From: Methanobacteriota archaeon
GTDB taxonomy: Archaea; Thermoplasmatota; E2; DHVEG-1
Reading direction: 5' to 3'
Assembly: GCA_963769885.1 (NCBI GenBank)
Contig: CAVYNH010000006.1
Location: forward strand, 416,001 to 480,000
Length of the DNA stretch: 64,000 nucleotides
This document shows, piece after piece, positions 8,553-18,201 of this stretch; the stretch's first letter is position 1, and every line of letters starts with the position of its first letter. A program made the translations under genes and the position numbers. The notes beneath the pieces were generated by a model, which was given only the letters and a program-made list of their open reading frames with translations, was not told the origin of the DNA and searched no databases.

Positions 8553-9044
8553 GTATTGGGATAGGATCAGGTCTTTTTACCCTTGTGGAAAATGTTTGGG
8601 AATCGCCGAACTACTCGGGGTGGGTTAAGGTTGTGTGAAGACAATCGAAGTTTTGTCAGCGAGGAAGCAGCCGTAGAGGGGGCAGGTGGTCTGTTTGGTG
8701 ATGTCGTCGGTCTCGAACTCCCGCCGGCGGCAGAGATGGAGGACGATGGCCTTCAGGGGTGAGGTTAATACCGGTTGTTATTTGGGGATAGTGGAAAAAT
8801 GCTCGTAGAATATCGCAGTCACGTTGTTTTCGGTCCTTGTCTTTTTGTACACTAGGGGTTCAGGGGGGTGAGGCGCGGGGAGCCAGTAAAGCCTTTTGAG
8901 ATTAAGATACCCGAATTAAAATTGTTAAAAACATGAATTAAAACCGTGTTAATACTTCTGTTTTGAATTTTTATCTATTACAAACATTTAAATAAATGTG
9001 CAATATATTTAATCATGTCCTGATGTAACAGGGGAGGCAAGAAT

Positions 9045-9500
9045 ATGAGAGAAAGAACTATTTTGAAGAAAGCTGGAGTTTTTTCCGTGATAGCAGTATT
9101 GCTATTGACTGCGACTGGTATGACAGTAAGTGCAAGAAACGATACGACACAATCGGTCACCACTTGTGCACCCATTGGTGACCCAACGAATGTCACCTTC
9201 AACTTCAAAGGCGGTTTCGGTTTCACTATTGTGATAACAAATACTGGTAACGCAACAATGGCCATCAAAAATTGGACCTACAACATAAACATGACTCTGG
9301 GTCTGATTCTCCTTGGCAAAACAAAGAGTGGTACTAACATAACGCTTGCGCCAGGAGCATCAACCAAAATAAAAACGATACCCATCGGCATAGGTGTAGG
9401 AACTGTTGAAATTAACATGTCCGTGCCTGATGAATATGTGTATGAATATTGGGAACGTGTTTATTTTATCGGTCCTTTTGTTCTACCACCCCAATCATAG
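9045..9500 (+). CDS. Small secreted protein: signal peptide plus one Ig/CARDB-like module; AT-rich
   Basis: GGGGAGG SD; signal peptide; GG..FTIVITNTGNAT...GLILLG...LAPGA...IGIG...FIGPFVL. Confidence 0.7.
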   Translation: MRERTILKKAGVFSVIAVLLLTATGMTVSARNDTTQSVTTCAPIGDPTNVTFNFKGGFGFTIVITNTGNATMAIKNWTYNINMTLGLILLGKTKSGTNITLAPGASTKIKTIPIGIGVGTVEINMSVPDEYVYEYWERVYFIGPFVLPPQS

Positions 9501-9970
9501 ATAGCTAAAATCGACAACATACTTCCATAGAACATCCATTCGCTCTCTTTCTTATTTTTTTGCTTTCGCACAAAAAAACCATGATCAATTTTTGTCTCAA
9601 AACCATGTCAATACTTGCATCAAAAACAATGATAGATTTATATACTACAAGAAAAAACCTAAATTCAATCCCGTTTTCTATTGTTTACGTCAAGTCGACA
9701 TGCGTTTATACCGTGTTAATGCTTCTGATTTCTAAGGATATGTTTTTATTGAATTTTTTGAACTAATGATGCTATACCTAAGTGATAAGAACAAGAATGA
9801 CCTGCGGGTGATGATTACGCTGAAGAAATCAGGAATCATTCTCTCCGAGAAAATACGGCTTCTTTGGCATTTTTTTTCATTCGGAAGTACCGGAGCCTTC
9901 CCTCCTAAGAGAAAACCACCTCGGTGGAAGCGCTTAAAAACCCCCGCGAAGTATCCACCACCGACCCCCC

Positions 9971-10378
9971 ATGCATGAATGGGCCCTCGCCGAATCAATC
10001 CTCGCCGCCGCAGAAACCACCGCGGCCGACCAACACTTCAAGAAAATCAGCAGAATCACTATCAACCTCGGCGAACTCCAAAACATCGACCGCGGCATCC
10101 TACGCTTCGCGCTCAAAGAACTCGCCAAGGAACGCCCCCGTTTCACCGCAACGAGATTCAGCTTCAGAACCGAAGCAACAACCTTCTCCTGCACCGCCTG
10201 CCGCCAGCACTGGAGCCTCGCCGACATCAAACAAAAACTCACCAGCGACGAGGCAGAGGCGATCCACTTCATCCCCGAGGCCGCCCTCAGCTACGTCCGC
10301 TGCCCCCACTGCGGCAGCCCCGACTACCACATCCTCACCGGCCGCGGCGTCACCCTCGCCACCATCACCGGAGACTAA
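9971..10378 (+). CDS. hypA: Hydrogenase nickel metallochaperone HypA
   Basis: MHEWALA N-terminus, CTAC and CPHC zinc motifs, EAIHFIPE insert, TGRGV. Confidence 0.92.
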   Translation: MHEWALAESILAAAETTAADQHFKKISRITINLGELQNIDRGILRFALKELAKERPRFTATRFSFRTEATTFSCTACRQHWSLADIKQKLTSDEAEAIHFIPEAALSYVRCPHCGSPDYHILTGRGVTLATITGD

Positions 10379-10382
10379 AAAA

Positions 10383-11099
10383 ATGGACCCCCGACCCCAC
10401 ATCATCGACACCCGACTCCAAAAAATCAAGCGGGTCATCGCGGTCGCCAGCGGCAAAGGCGGCGTCGGCAAAAGCATGGTCGCCGCCACCCTCGCCCTCA
10501 CCCTCGCACAACACCACCGGGTCGGCCTCATGGACCTCGACGTCTACGGCCCCTCCACCCACCTCATCCTCGGCGCCAGCCACCTCACCCCCACCGAGGA
10601 CAAAGGCCTCATCCCACCAAAAATAAACGACCTCTCATACATGAGTCCCGTCCTCTTCACCCACGACAGACCCGCTCCCCTCCGCGGCGCGGCCGTCACC
10701 GACCTGATCCTCGAACTCCTCGCCGTCACCCGCTGGGGGCCACTGGACTACCTCATCCTCGACATGCCCCCCGGCATCGGCGACGAAACCCTCGATGTCC
10801 TCCGCCTCCTCCCCCACGCCCAGTTCCTCATCGTCACCATTCCCTCCAAAGTCGCGGCAGGCGCCGTCGACCGCCTCCTCGACCTCCTCCAAGAACTCCA
10901 CCGCCCCATCATCGGCATCATCCACAACATGACCACCGATCACACGCCCAAACCCACGACCACCAAGAAAGGAGTACGCTATCTCGGCAGCCTCCCCCTT
11001 GACCCCAGCCTCGAACCCGCCCTCGGCGACCCCGATCGACTCCTCGCCACACCCTTCGCACAAACACTAAAAAAAATAATCCCCGTAATCCAACGCTAA
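10383..11099 (+). CDS. Mrp/MinD-family ATPase, probable ATP-type HypB
   Basis: MDPR start, SGKGGVGKS, LILDMPPGIGD; no C-terminal CPxC; 4 nt downstream of hypA. Confidence 0.8.
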   Translation: MDPRPHIIDTRLQKIKRVIAVASGKGGVGKSMVAATLALTLAQHHRVGLMDLDVYGPSTHLILGASHLTPTEDKGLIPPKINDLSYMSPVLFTHDRPAPLRGAAVTDLILELLAVTRWGPLDYLILDMPPGIGDETLDVLRLLPHAQFLIVTIPSKVAAGAVDRLLDLLQELHRPIIGIIHNMTTDHTPKPTTTKKGVRYLGSLPLDPSLEPALGDPDRLLATPFAQTLKKIIPVIQR

Positions 11100-12388
11100 G
11101 GGACCGCGGCCTCCGCCAACAAATACGACCGTGCCTCACCCACCGTAAACAATGACCCAGTCACACAGATCAGATCCCTCTCCCCCGCCATCCCCATCGC
11201 CGTCCCCAACGCCTCCGGAACCGACTCGCATACCGTGATCTCCTTATCCCGCGAGAACTCCCGCGCCAGCTCCAACAGCTTCCCCGGCGCGCACGCCCGC
11301 GGGTTCAACGACCGCGTCAACACCACCCGCCACGCCACCGGCACGATGATCTCCAGCATCCGCCGCATATCCTTATCATGGCAGATCCCCACCACCAGCA
11401 CCACCCGACGCCCCGGGAAATCCGCCTCCAACGTCCGCCGCAGCATCCCCATCCCATGCGGATTATGCGCCCCATCCAACACGATCGCCGGCTCATCCGC
11501 CACCACCTCCATCCGCCCTGGATGAAACGCCCGATCGACTCCCGCCACGATCGCCTGATCCGACACGAACACCCCCAGCAGCTGCAGCTGCTCCACCGCC
11601 GCCAACGCCACCGCGATATTCTCCCCCTGATACAGCCCCAGCAGCCGCGTGCTCACCTCATACTCCCGCAGACTCCCCAGAATCCGGAACACCTGCGACG
11701 ACCGCGTCCGAGACAACCGAGACCACTGACCGTCACCGACAACAACAAGCGGCGCTAACCGCTTAGCCGCCACCTCCCTGATCACCTCCAGCGCCTCACC
11801 GGACGCCCCAGTCACCACCGGCACCCCCGACTTGATGATCCCCGCCTTCTCCACCGCGATCTTCTTCGCCGTATCCCCCAGAATCTCCGTATGATCAAGC
11901 GCGATGTTCGTAATCACCGACACCACCGGCACCACCACGTTCGTCGCATCAAACCGACCGCCCAGCCCCACCTCCACCACCGCATACTCCACCTGCTTCT
12001 CCTTGAAATACAGGAACGCGAGCGCCGTCGTGATCTCAAAGAACGTCGGCGGCTCCCCCTCCGCAATCATCCCCTCGACAACCGGCCGCACCCGATCGAC
12101 CAGCCGATCGATATCCTCACGAGAAATCGGGACGCCATTAATCACAATCCGCTCCGAGAACCACTGCAGATGCGGCGAGATATACACCCCCACCCGGTAC
12201 CCCCCCTGCCCCAACACACTCGCCACATACTGGCACACCGACCCCTTCCCGTTCGTCCCCGCCACATGCACAACCCGCAGCCCCTGCTGCGGATTCCCTA
12301 ACCGCTGCAGCAAAAGAGAGATACGCTCTAGGCCGAACTTCCAGCCGTACTTATCGAAGCTGTACAACCACCGGATTCCGGGACTCAG
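11096..12388 (-). CDS. folC: Folylpolyglutamate/dihydrofolate synthase (start uncertain; CTG at 12388)
   Basis: HVAGTNGKGS, SPHL, TFFEITT, VEVGLGGRFDATN, LDGAHNP, VTGSLFTVG. Confidence 0.92.
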   Translation of the reverse strand: MSPGIRWLYSFDKYGWKFGLERISLLLQRLGNPQQGLRVVHVAGTNGKGSVCQYVASVLGQGGYRVGVYISPHLQWFSERIVINGVPISREDIDRLVDRVRPVVEGMIAEGEPPTFFEITTALAFLYFKEKQVEYAVVEVGLGGRFDATNVVVPVVSVITNIALDHTEILGDTAKKIAVEKAGIIKSGVPVVTGASGEALEVIREVAAKRLAPLVVVGDGQWSRLSRTRSSQVFRILGSLREYEVSTRLLGLYQGENIAVALAAVEQLQLLGVFVSDQAIVAGVDRAFHPGRMEVVADEPAIVLDGAHNPHGMGMLRRTLEADFPGRRVVLVVGICHDKDMRRMLEIIVPVAWRVVLTRSLNPRACAPGKLLELAREFSRDKEITVCESVPEALGTAMGMAGERDLICVTGSLFTVGEARSYLLAEAAVP

Positions 12389-12389
12389 C

Positions 12390-13063
12390 TCAGTAGCCGT
12401 CAGAATACAACACCCCAGGATAACACTCGGTACTTCGTCAACCACGAGTCCCCCGGCAAAATCCGTACCTCCCTACCCTGGATTAGTAATCGCCCCTGCG
12501 CAAACAACTCGATCGTCCGCGGGAGGATCTGATGCTCCACCTCCAAGATCCGCTTCGCCAACGTATCCCTGGTATCACCCGGTAGCACCTTCACCGCCGC
12601 CTGCAGAATAATCGGCCCATGATCCATCTCCTCATCCATGAAATGCGTCGTACACCCCGAGATCTTCACTCCATACGCCAACGCATCCCCCTGTCCGTTC
12701 ACCCCCCTGAACGACGGCAGCAGCGCCGGATGGATGTTGATCAACCGGCCTTTCCACTTCCGCACGAACTCCGGGGTCATAATCCGCATGTAGCCCGCAC
12801 CGACCACCAAATCAACCTTATGTTTCTCGAGGGTCGTAGTAATCTGGGTCTCATGCAGCTCTCGGTTCTTCGCGACACATTCGATGCAATACCAGGGGAT
12901 TTTATGCTTCTCCGCACGCTTCAGCGCCTGCGCCTCCGCCCGGTCACTGATCACGAGTACCAACCGCGGCGTTGATTTTATGCTGCTCCGAGGCATCGAT
13001 GATGCTCTGCAGATCGGTCCCAGACCCTGAGGCGAGGACGCCGACGCGAAGAATCTTCCCCAT
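12390..13063 (-). CDS. purN: Phosphoribosylglycinamide formyltransferase; frameshifted in this assembly (about 12962, probably also about 12421)
   Basis: ATG 13063 gives MGKILRVGVLASGSGTDLQSIIDA; other frame has AGYMRI, INIHPALLPSFRG, GCTTHF, MDHGPII, EVEHQILP. Confidence 0.88.
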
Positions 13064-13109
13064 ATGATTCCCTCAATCCTGCACTGCGACCGAACCACGT
13101 GCGATGTTT

Positions 13110-14225
13110 TCAATGTTCCGGTACCGAGAAGATATGCTTCTGAATAGTCTCCCAGGGGGCATCCGTCTTGAATCCCGTCGGCGTGAAATGAGTGCGCGAT
13201 GCAAAAAATCCAGCCTGACGGAGAGTCTCAAGAACATGGTCGAGAGGAGGCATCGGCGATTTCAATATCGACGCGATTCCCTCAACAGTGTAGAAAAACG
13301 GAGGTGCCTCCGCTTCTTCCTCAAGGGCGGTGATGAGTTTCCAGAGGCTTGGTCGGGAGCCGAGCGTCTTGGTAGGGAGGAGCATGCGGACTACCTGGAT
13401 CATCGTCTTATTCTGCAGCGACCCCATCCACAAGGGGCCGACATCATGGCCCAAAGGAGTCGCGAGAGGGATAGTCGTCATAGGGATTGTGACGTAGTTC
13501 GATATGGATTCCTTCGCGGCCCGTTTCCCACACGGGACTTGGACATAGGCGCGAAAGTAATGATCGGCAGCGTAGCAAAGCAGCGGCTTGATGCCTTTGT
13601 CGTACTTGGCCGCCTCGCGGGCAATGATGCCGAGGAGGATGCGCAGGCCGGTCTCGCGCATACACGCGCCATGGGAGGGCCAGGCGGCGTAGCGGCGGCG
13701 GCAGACCTCGGGGAAGACGCCGCAGAGCGGCGCGGTGTCCGTGGCGGTGACGGCGAGCAATCCATTGGGCGCGATGCTACGCATGGCCGAGTCGAGAAAG
13801 GAGATTGGTGAGCCGAATGGGTCGATGTCTATGGAGTGGTAGCGGCTCTGGGAGAGGAGGGCGTTGAGGTCGGCGTGACAGGCGGTGGCGTTGTGAAGGT
13901 TGGCGCGCTGGATGTTGTCTTGGATGAGCTGGTGAGCAGCGTCTTTGGCGTCGTTAATAGTGACGTGGATGTCTCCTTCGAGTTCGTTGGCGAGCCGCAG
14001 GCCGCGGACGCCGCTGGCGGCGAGGCCGTCGAGGATGCGGGTGGGCTTCTGTCGTGTGTTGAGGAACCATTGGTTGGCGAGGATGGAGAGGTCGCGGCTC
14101 TGCTCCATGGAGGGGTTGTAGAAGGGCTGGGTGGTGCGGGCTGCCGGGCCTTTTTTCACTGTTTTCGGAGCCGCGGTGAGGGCGGTGGTGGTTCCTTCGG
14201 TGATGGTGTAGCGGGCTTGGGTCAT
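13110..14225 (-). CDS. trm1: tRNA (guanine26-N2)-dimethyltransferase
   Basis: FYNPSMEQSRD, LAASGVRGLR, IDIDPFGSP, VTATDTAPLCG, SRTHF..TGFKTDAP. Confidence 0.92.
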   Translation of the reverse strand: MTQARYTITEGTTTALTAAPKTVKKGPAARTTQPFYNPSMEQSRDLSILANQWFLNTRQKPTRILDGLAASGVRGLRLANELEGDIHVTINDAKDAAHQLIQDNIQRANLHNATACHADLNALLSQSRYHSIDIDPFGSPISFLDSAMRSIAPNGLLAVTATDTAPLCGVFPEVCRRRYAAWPSHGACMRETGLRILLGIIAREAAKYDKGIKPLLCYAADHYFRAYVQVPCGKRAAKESISNYVTIPMTTIPLATPLGHDVGPLWMGSLQNKTMIQVVRMLLPTKTLGSRPSLWKLITALEEEAEAPPFFYTVEGIASILKSPMPPLDHVLETLRQAGFFASRTHFTPTGFKTDAPWETIQKHIFSVPEH

Positions 14226-14248
14226 GAGAAAAGGGAGGTGGGAATGGG

Positions 14249-14809
14249 TCAGTAGAGTGGCGGGAGTTTTTCGGCCATGATTTTTTCGATTTTGTAGGGG
14301 AGGAGGTTGCGGTTGACGGGGGTGACTTCGAGGATGCGGATGTCGTCGCGGCGGCGGATGTCTTGGAGGAGCGGGGTGCGTGATTTCTTGTGGAGGGTCA
14401 CCATGATGGGTTTGTCGCTGTCGAGGGCTTCGATGACGACGTTGCAGAAGGGTTCGGAGAGCATCTCCATTTTGCCGATTTCGTCGATGATGATGATGTC
14501 GATGGCGTCTTCGTTGATGGCGCGTTCGATGGCTTTGACGCCGATGCGTTCGAGGTTGAAGAGGTCGACGCCGTATTTGCCGACCTTGTCTTTGCAGTCC
14601 ATGTCGAGTTTGGCGAAGACGGCTTTCTCCTTGGTCATCCAGTCTGCGACGTAGAAGCCGACCCGTTTCTTTTTCTCGACGATAGGCTCGGAGATCATCC
14701 CTTCGACGGTGTAGCCGCTCTTCTCGATCTTCTCAATGATCTTGATGAGGGTCTCAGTCTTGCCGACGCTGGGCATCCCGGTGATCCCTATCTTGGGGAT
14801 ATCGTCCAT
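14249..14809 (-). CDS. THEP1-like nucleoside triphosphatase (NTPase_1)
   Basis: ITGMPSVGKT, KVGKYGVD, IIIDEIGKME. Confidence 0.9.
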   Translation of the reverse strand: MDDIPKIGITGMPSVGKTETLIKIIEKIEKSGYTVEGMISEPIVEKKKRVGFYVADWMTKEKAVFAKLDMDCKDKVGKYGVDLFNLERIGVKAIERAINEDAIDIIIIDEIGKMEMLSEPFCNVVIEALDSDKPIMVTLHKKSRTPLLQDIRRRDDIRILEVTPVNRNLLPYKIEKIMAEKLPPLY

Positions 14810-14871
14810 AGCTCGTAGAGGTAATGCGATTTGAGTTTAGAAGGCTTTGGTCTACGAGGAAAACAGGCGGT

Positions 14872-15540
14872 TTAGGCCGGTTTTTTCTTTATAAAGAAAG
14901 GGCCGGCGAGGACGTAGACGAGGATCATGCCTAAGAGCAGGAGCGGGCCGGCGATAAAACCCAGGAGGGTGAGGGGGAGGGAGGCGAGGATGACGAGGCT
15001 CGCGACCACGGTTGTGTATCTCCCCAGTTTTGGGTACGGCAACGAGGCGACCTGCATCAGCCCCAAGAGGATGAGGACGGCGAAGATAACGAATGCAGGG
15101 AACCAGGAGGGTCCGAGGATCGCCAGGCAAACGAGGATGATCGTGCTCGCGGAGGCCGGCAGGCCGAGGAACGCCTCTTTCTCCTTCAGCAGATGGAAGC
15201 TGGAGAGCCGGGTCACGGCGCAGAACAGGAAAAACAGCATCCCGGCCAGCAAGAGTCCGAGGATGAGCGGCTGCAGGCCTGTGGCATAGATGCCGTAGAC
15301 GAAGACCGCCGGCGCCACGGTCAGGGAGACGAAATCGGCCATCGCCTCGAGGTAGTCGCCGATCTGTCCGCCGCCGAGCCGACGGGCGACGACGCCGTCC
15401 AGGCCGTCCGCCAGCAGCGCCAGCAGGATCAATGAGAACGCCAAGGGGATCTGACCAGAGAAGACGGCGAGAATCGCCAGCAGCCCGAAGCCTGCGTTCA
15501 GGATCGAGAGTCCGTCGGCGACCGTCAGGAATCTAAGCAT
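14872..15540 (-). CDS. pssA: CDP-alcohol phosphatidyltransferase, archaetidylserine synthase PssA
   Basis: ADGLDGVVARR...G..LEAMADFVS motif; RLSSF, FLGLP; multiple TM helices; overlaps psd. Confidence 0.8.
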   Translation of the reverse strand: MLRFLTVADGLSILNAGFGLLAILAVFSGQIPLAFSLILLALLADGLDGVVARRLGGGQIGDYLEAMADFVSLTVAPAVFVYGIYATGLQPLILGLLLAGMLFFLFCAVTRLSSFHLLKEKEAFLGLPASASTIILVCLAILGPSWFPAFVIFAVLILLGLMQVASLPYPKLGRYTTVVASLVILASLPLTLLGFIAGPLLLLGMILVYVLAGPFFIKKKPA

Positions 15541-16180
15541 GGTGCTGGGCAAGGGTATCCTCTCCTGCTTTCACCCGGTCATGGAGCCGCACTGCCAGGG
15601 ACGCGACCATAGCCTCTGGGAGGTACACATCCACGCGGGACCCCAGGCGGATCAGCCCGATGCGGCTGCCTCTCGCGACCACGTCGCCGGGCTTGATGTA
15701 GGGGACGATGCGGCGGGCGACCGTCCCCGCAATCTGGACGACCTTCACTGTCCCGCGGGGCGTTGTGAGATGGATGGTGACGCGCTCGTTGCGTTCCGAG
15801 TCCTTGGTGAACGCGGGCAGATGGCCGCCAGGGGCATGCTCCACCTTGGTGACAGTCCCATCGACCGGGCTTCGGTTCACATGAACGTTATGGATGTTCA
15901 TGAAGGTTTTCACCCAGTAGCAGGGGCCGACGTCCGGGTCGTCGATGGTGGCGATGCCGGTGATGACGCCGTCGGCGCAGGCAACGATGCCCACCCCTAT
16001 TTTTCGCTCCGGGTCGCGGAAGAAGATGACGAGCAGGATGATTCCGGCGAGGCCGAGGAGGGCGGCGATGAGGAAGACGATGTGGAGGAGGCCGTCGGAG
16101 GCCAGGGTGCCGACATCGAAGACGATGGTGGCCATTCCGACCCCGATGATCCAGAGGGGGCATCCTCGGGCGAGCCTCAC
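15533..16180 (-). CDS. psd: Phosphatidylserine/archaetidylserine decarboxylase
   Basis: FFRDPER, HVNRSP, ERNER, QIAGTVARRI, IRLGSRVD self-cleavage motif. Confidence 0.9.
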   Translation of the reverse strand: MRLARGCPLWIIGVGMATIVFDVGTLASDGLLHIVFLIAALLGLAGIILLVIFFRDPERKIGVGIVACADGVITGIATIDDPDVGPCYWVKTFMNIHNVHVNRSPVDGTVTKVEHAPGGHLPAFTKDSERNERVTIHLTTPRGTVKVVQIAGTVARRIVPYIKPGDVVARGSRIGLIRLGSRVDVYLPEAMVASLAVRLHDRVKAGEDTLAQHHA

Positions 16181-17100
16181 CGTTTCCCTCCGAGGAATTG
16201 TTCGAGGGGACCTTTGCGTTTGGGGAGGTTGATGACGCCCATGATGTCGTCGTAGAGCTCCGGGACGATGTGGAAGGTGAGGAAGAGGATGGCAATGAGG
16301 GCGAGCAGGGAGCCGGCTTTGCCGATGACGTTGTGCGCCATTTCAAAGGAGATACCGCTGCCGGTCATGAGGACGACGCCGGTGTTGCGGACGAGGTTGA
16401 GGAGGTAGACGGGGACGACGGTGGCGAGCAGCGCGACGGTTTTCCGTTTCGGCTTGATCTTGGGCATGGCGCCGAGCATCCCGACGAAGAGGAGGAGGGA
16501 TTGGACGGCGGTGCAGGCGAAGATGATGTGGATGGCGGTGTCATTGTAGGTGATGGTGGCCCCGGTCTGGGTGACGGTGAAACCGAGGAGGCGGAGCATC
16601 CAGACGGTCTGGTCGGCGACAATGAGAATGAGACCGTCGGAGAGGAACGGCAGGAGCTGTTCTATGGAGAAGTAGATGAGGCCGGCAAGGCAGGTGGCGC
16701 CGGCGATCCAGTTGAGGGCGGCGGGGTACTCCCGGCGTTTGGTAGAGAGCCATTCGTGGTAGGCGAGGTAGATAAGGACGTAGATGCCGATGACGCAGAT
16801 GGCGGCGTTGATGATGTCGCCGCCTTCTGAGAAGTAGAGGAGGTTGGTGTAGGTGGTCCAGAAGAGGGCGAAGAGGATCCAGCCGGTCATCTTGAATCGG
16901 CTGCCGCGCTGCTGTTGCTTGTCGAGGGTGCCGATGCCGAGGAGGATGAGGCCGGCGAAGAGGGGGATGAGGTTGACCCAGTGGTACGGCGGCAGCGGAT
17001 ACGGGAAGAGGATGAAGTTGATGAGGATCATGGCTGTGGGGCCGCCGAAGAACCAGAGGAGGATCCGGGAATCCTTTGTGTCGGGTGTGGTGGATGCCAT
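16177..17100 (-). CDS. artA: Archaeosortase A
   Basis: Polytopic membrane protein; IIFACTAVQS (catalytic Cys), LLNLVRN (Arg), SFEMAHNVIGKAGSL, VPEL. Confidence 0.85.
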   Translation of the reverse strand: MASTTPDTKDSRILLWFFGGPTAMILINFILFPYPLPPYHWVNLIPLFAGLILLGIGTLDKQQQRGSRFKMTGWILFALFWTTYTNLLYFSEGGDIINAAICVIGIYVLIYLAYHEWLSTKRREYPAALNWIAGATCLAGLIYFSIEQLLPFLSDGLILIVADQTVWMLRLLGFTVTQTGATITYNDTAIHIIFACTAVQSLLLFVGMLGAMPKIKPKRKTVALLATVVPVYLLNLVRNTGVVLMTGSGISFEMAHNVIGKAGSLLALIAILFLTFHIVPELYDDIMGVINLPKRKGPLEQFLGGKR

Positions 17101-17184
17101 TGCTTGAAGATCAATTGGGCTGTATGGGGTGAGTCTACAAAAACCCATTGGTACCGACCGCGAGCGTGTGGTGCGGGTTCTGCG

Positions 17185-18201
17185 TTATTTGACGTTGAGG
17201 ACGAAGATGAGGAAGACGAAGCCGGTGGCGATCTTGCTGGCGGTGGCGCCTTCGGCGCAGGCCGCGGAGAAGCTGATGATGACCCTGCCGATGCCGATGA
17301 TCCGGTTGCAGGTCATGGTGTCCTGGGCGCCGGGGAGGAGGACGCCGGGGAATCCGGTGCTCATCGTCCCTGAGAGGATGAGACCGTTGGAGAGGATCAT
17401 GACCCAGGTGACGTTGGTGGCGGTGCCCTGGCCGACGTTGCGGATGACGGCCGTGAGGTACGGGCCGCCGGTGACGTTCTGGATCAGGAGGACGGGAGGA
17501 TGCTGGATTTCCGGGGTGGAGAGGCTGAGGTCGTCGTAGTAGGCAGCGGTGGCGTTGATGCTGCGGAGATCAACGGCTTGAAGGGTGAGGGGGCCGCCGC
17601 CGGTGTTGTTGCATTGGTTGCTATAGTGTTTTTGGACGAGGAGTTCGTTGTCGTAGTAGACCGTGAACCAGTCGCTGGTGAGGTTTGCCTCGGTGCGGAG
17701 TTCGACCCAGCGGCCTTTTTTGAGGGGGAGGGTCATAGCGTCGTTCTCGGATTCGACCATGTTGGTGGCGGCGTCCGCGCTGATCGTGACCGCGTAGTTC
17801 TTGCTTCCGTTGTCCTGGTAGTGGCTGAGGAGGATGAAGTAGGTCTTGCCGGAGAAGTTCTCGGGGACGTACTGCCAGGCGGTGAAGGTGAAGGGGCCGG
17901 AGGCGACCAAGAACTCGTGGACGACGTCGGTCTGGGTCTGGATGAGATTCGCATTGGGGGTGCTTCGTGCCTGGGTGGTGGTGACGGTGCTGCCGCTGGT
18001 GGAGATGTTGTCCCAGCCTTTCCAGCCGCCGTCGTCCGGGGTGCCGTCGAGCCGCTGGCCGTCCTGGTAGCTGTCGAAGTTATCGCTCCAGAGATAGGTC
18101 AGGGGGTGCGGCGCGGGGATGGCCATGTGGGCGCCGGCGAGCGGGAGGATGCCGGTGCACACAATCAGTATTATGCAACATGTTAACATTTGTATTCTCA
18201 T
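17185..18201 (-). CDS. Secreted protein with lectin-like beta domain and C-terminal Ig/CARDB-like module
   Basis: Signal peptide; WSDNFDSY...GGWKGWD...YYDDLSL; C-terminus GG..LTAVIRNVG...GLILSG...IGIG...GFVFLIFVL. Confidence 0.7.
   Translation of the reverse strand: MRIQMLTCCIILIVCTGILPLAGAHMAIPAPHPLTYLWSDNFDSYQDGQRLDGTPDDGGWKGWDNISTSGSTVTTTQARSTPNANLIQTQTDVVHEFLVASGPFTFTAWQYVPENFSGKTYFILLSHYQDNGSKNYAVTISADAATNMVESENDAMTLPLKKGRWVELRTEANLTSDWFTVYYDNELLVQKHYSNQCNNTGGGPLTLQAVDLRSINATAAYYDDLSLSTPEIQHPPVLLIQNVTGGPYLTAVIRNVGQGTATNVTWVMILSNGLILSGTMSTGFPGVLLPGAQDTMTCNRIIGIGRVIISFSAACAEGATASKIATGFVFLIFVLNVK

Noticed and set aside
8625-8756. CTG-initiated 43-codon minus frame (LKAIVLHLCRRREFETDDITKQTTCPLYGCFL...) resembling a decayed zinc finger
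   Set aside because: No canonical start, and Cys spacing is not CxxC; cannot be supported without homologs.
9924-10382. N-terminal extension of the 391-aa ORF 9924-11099
   Set aside because: Out-of-frame read-through of hypA; the ATPase starts at ATG 10383.
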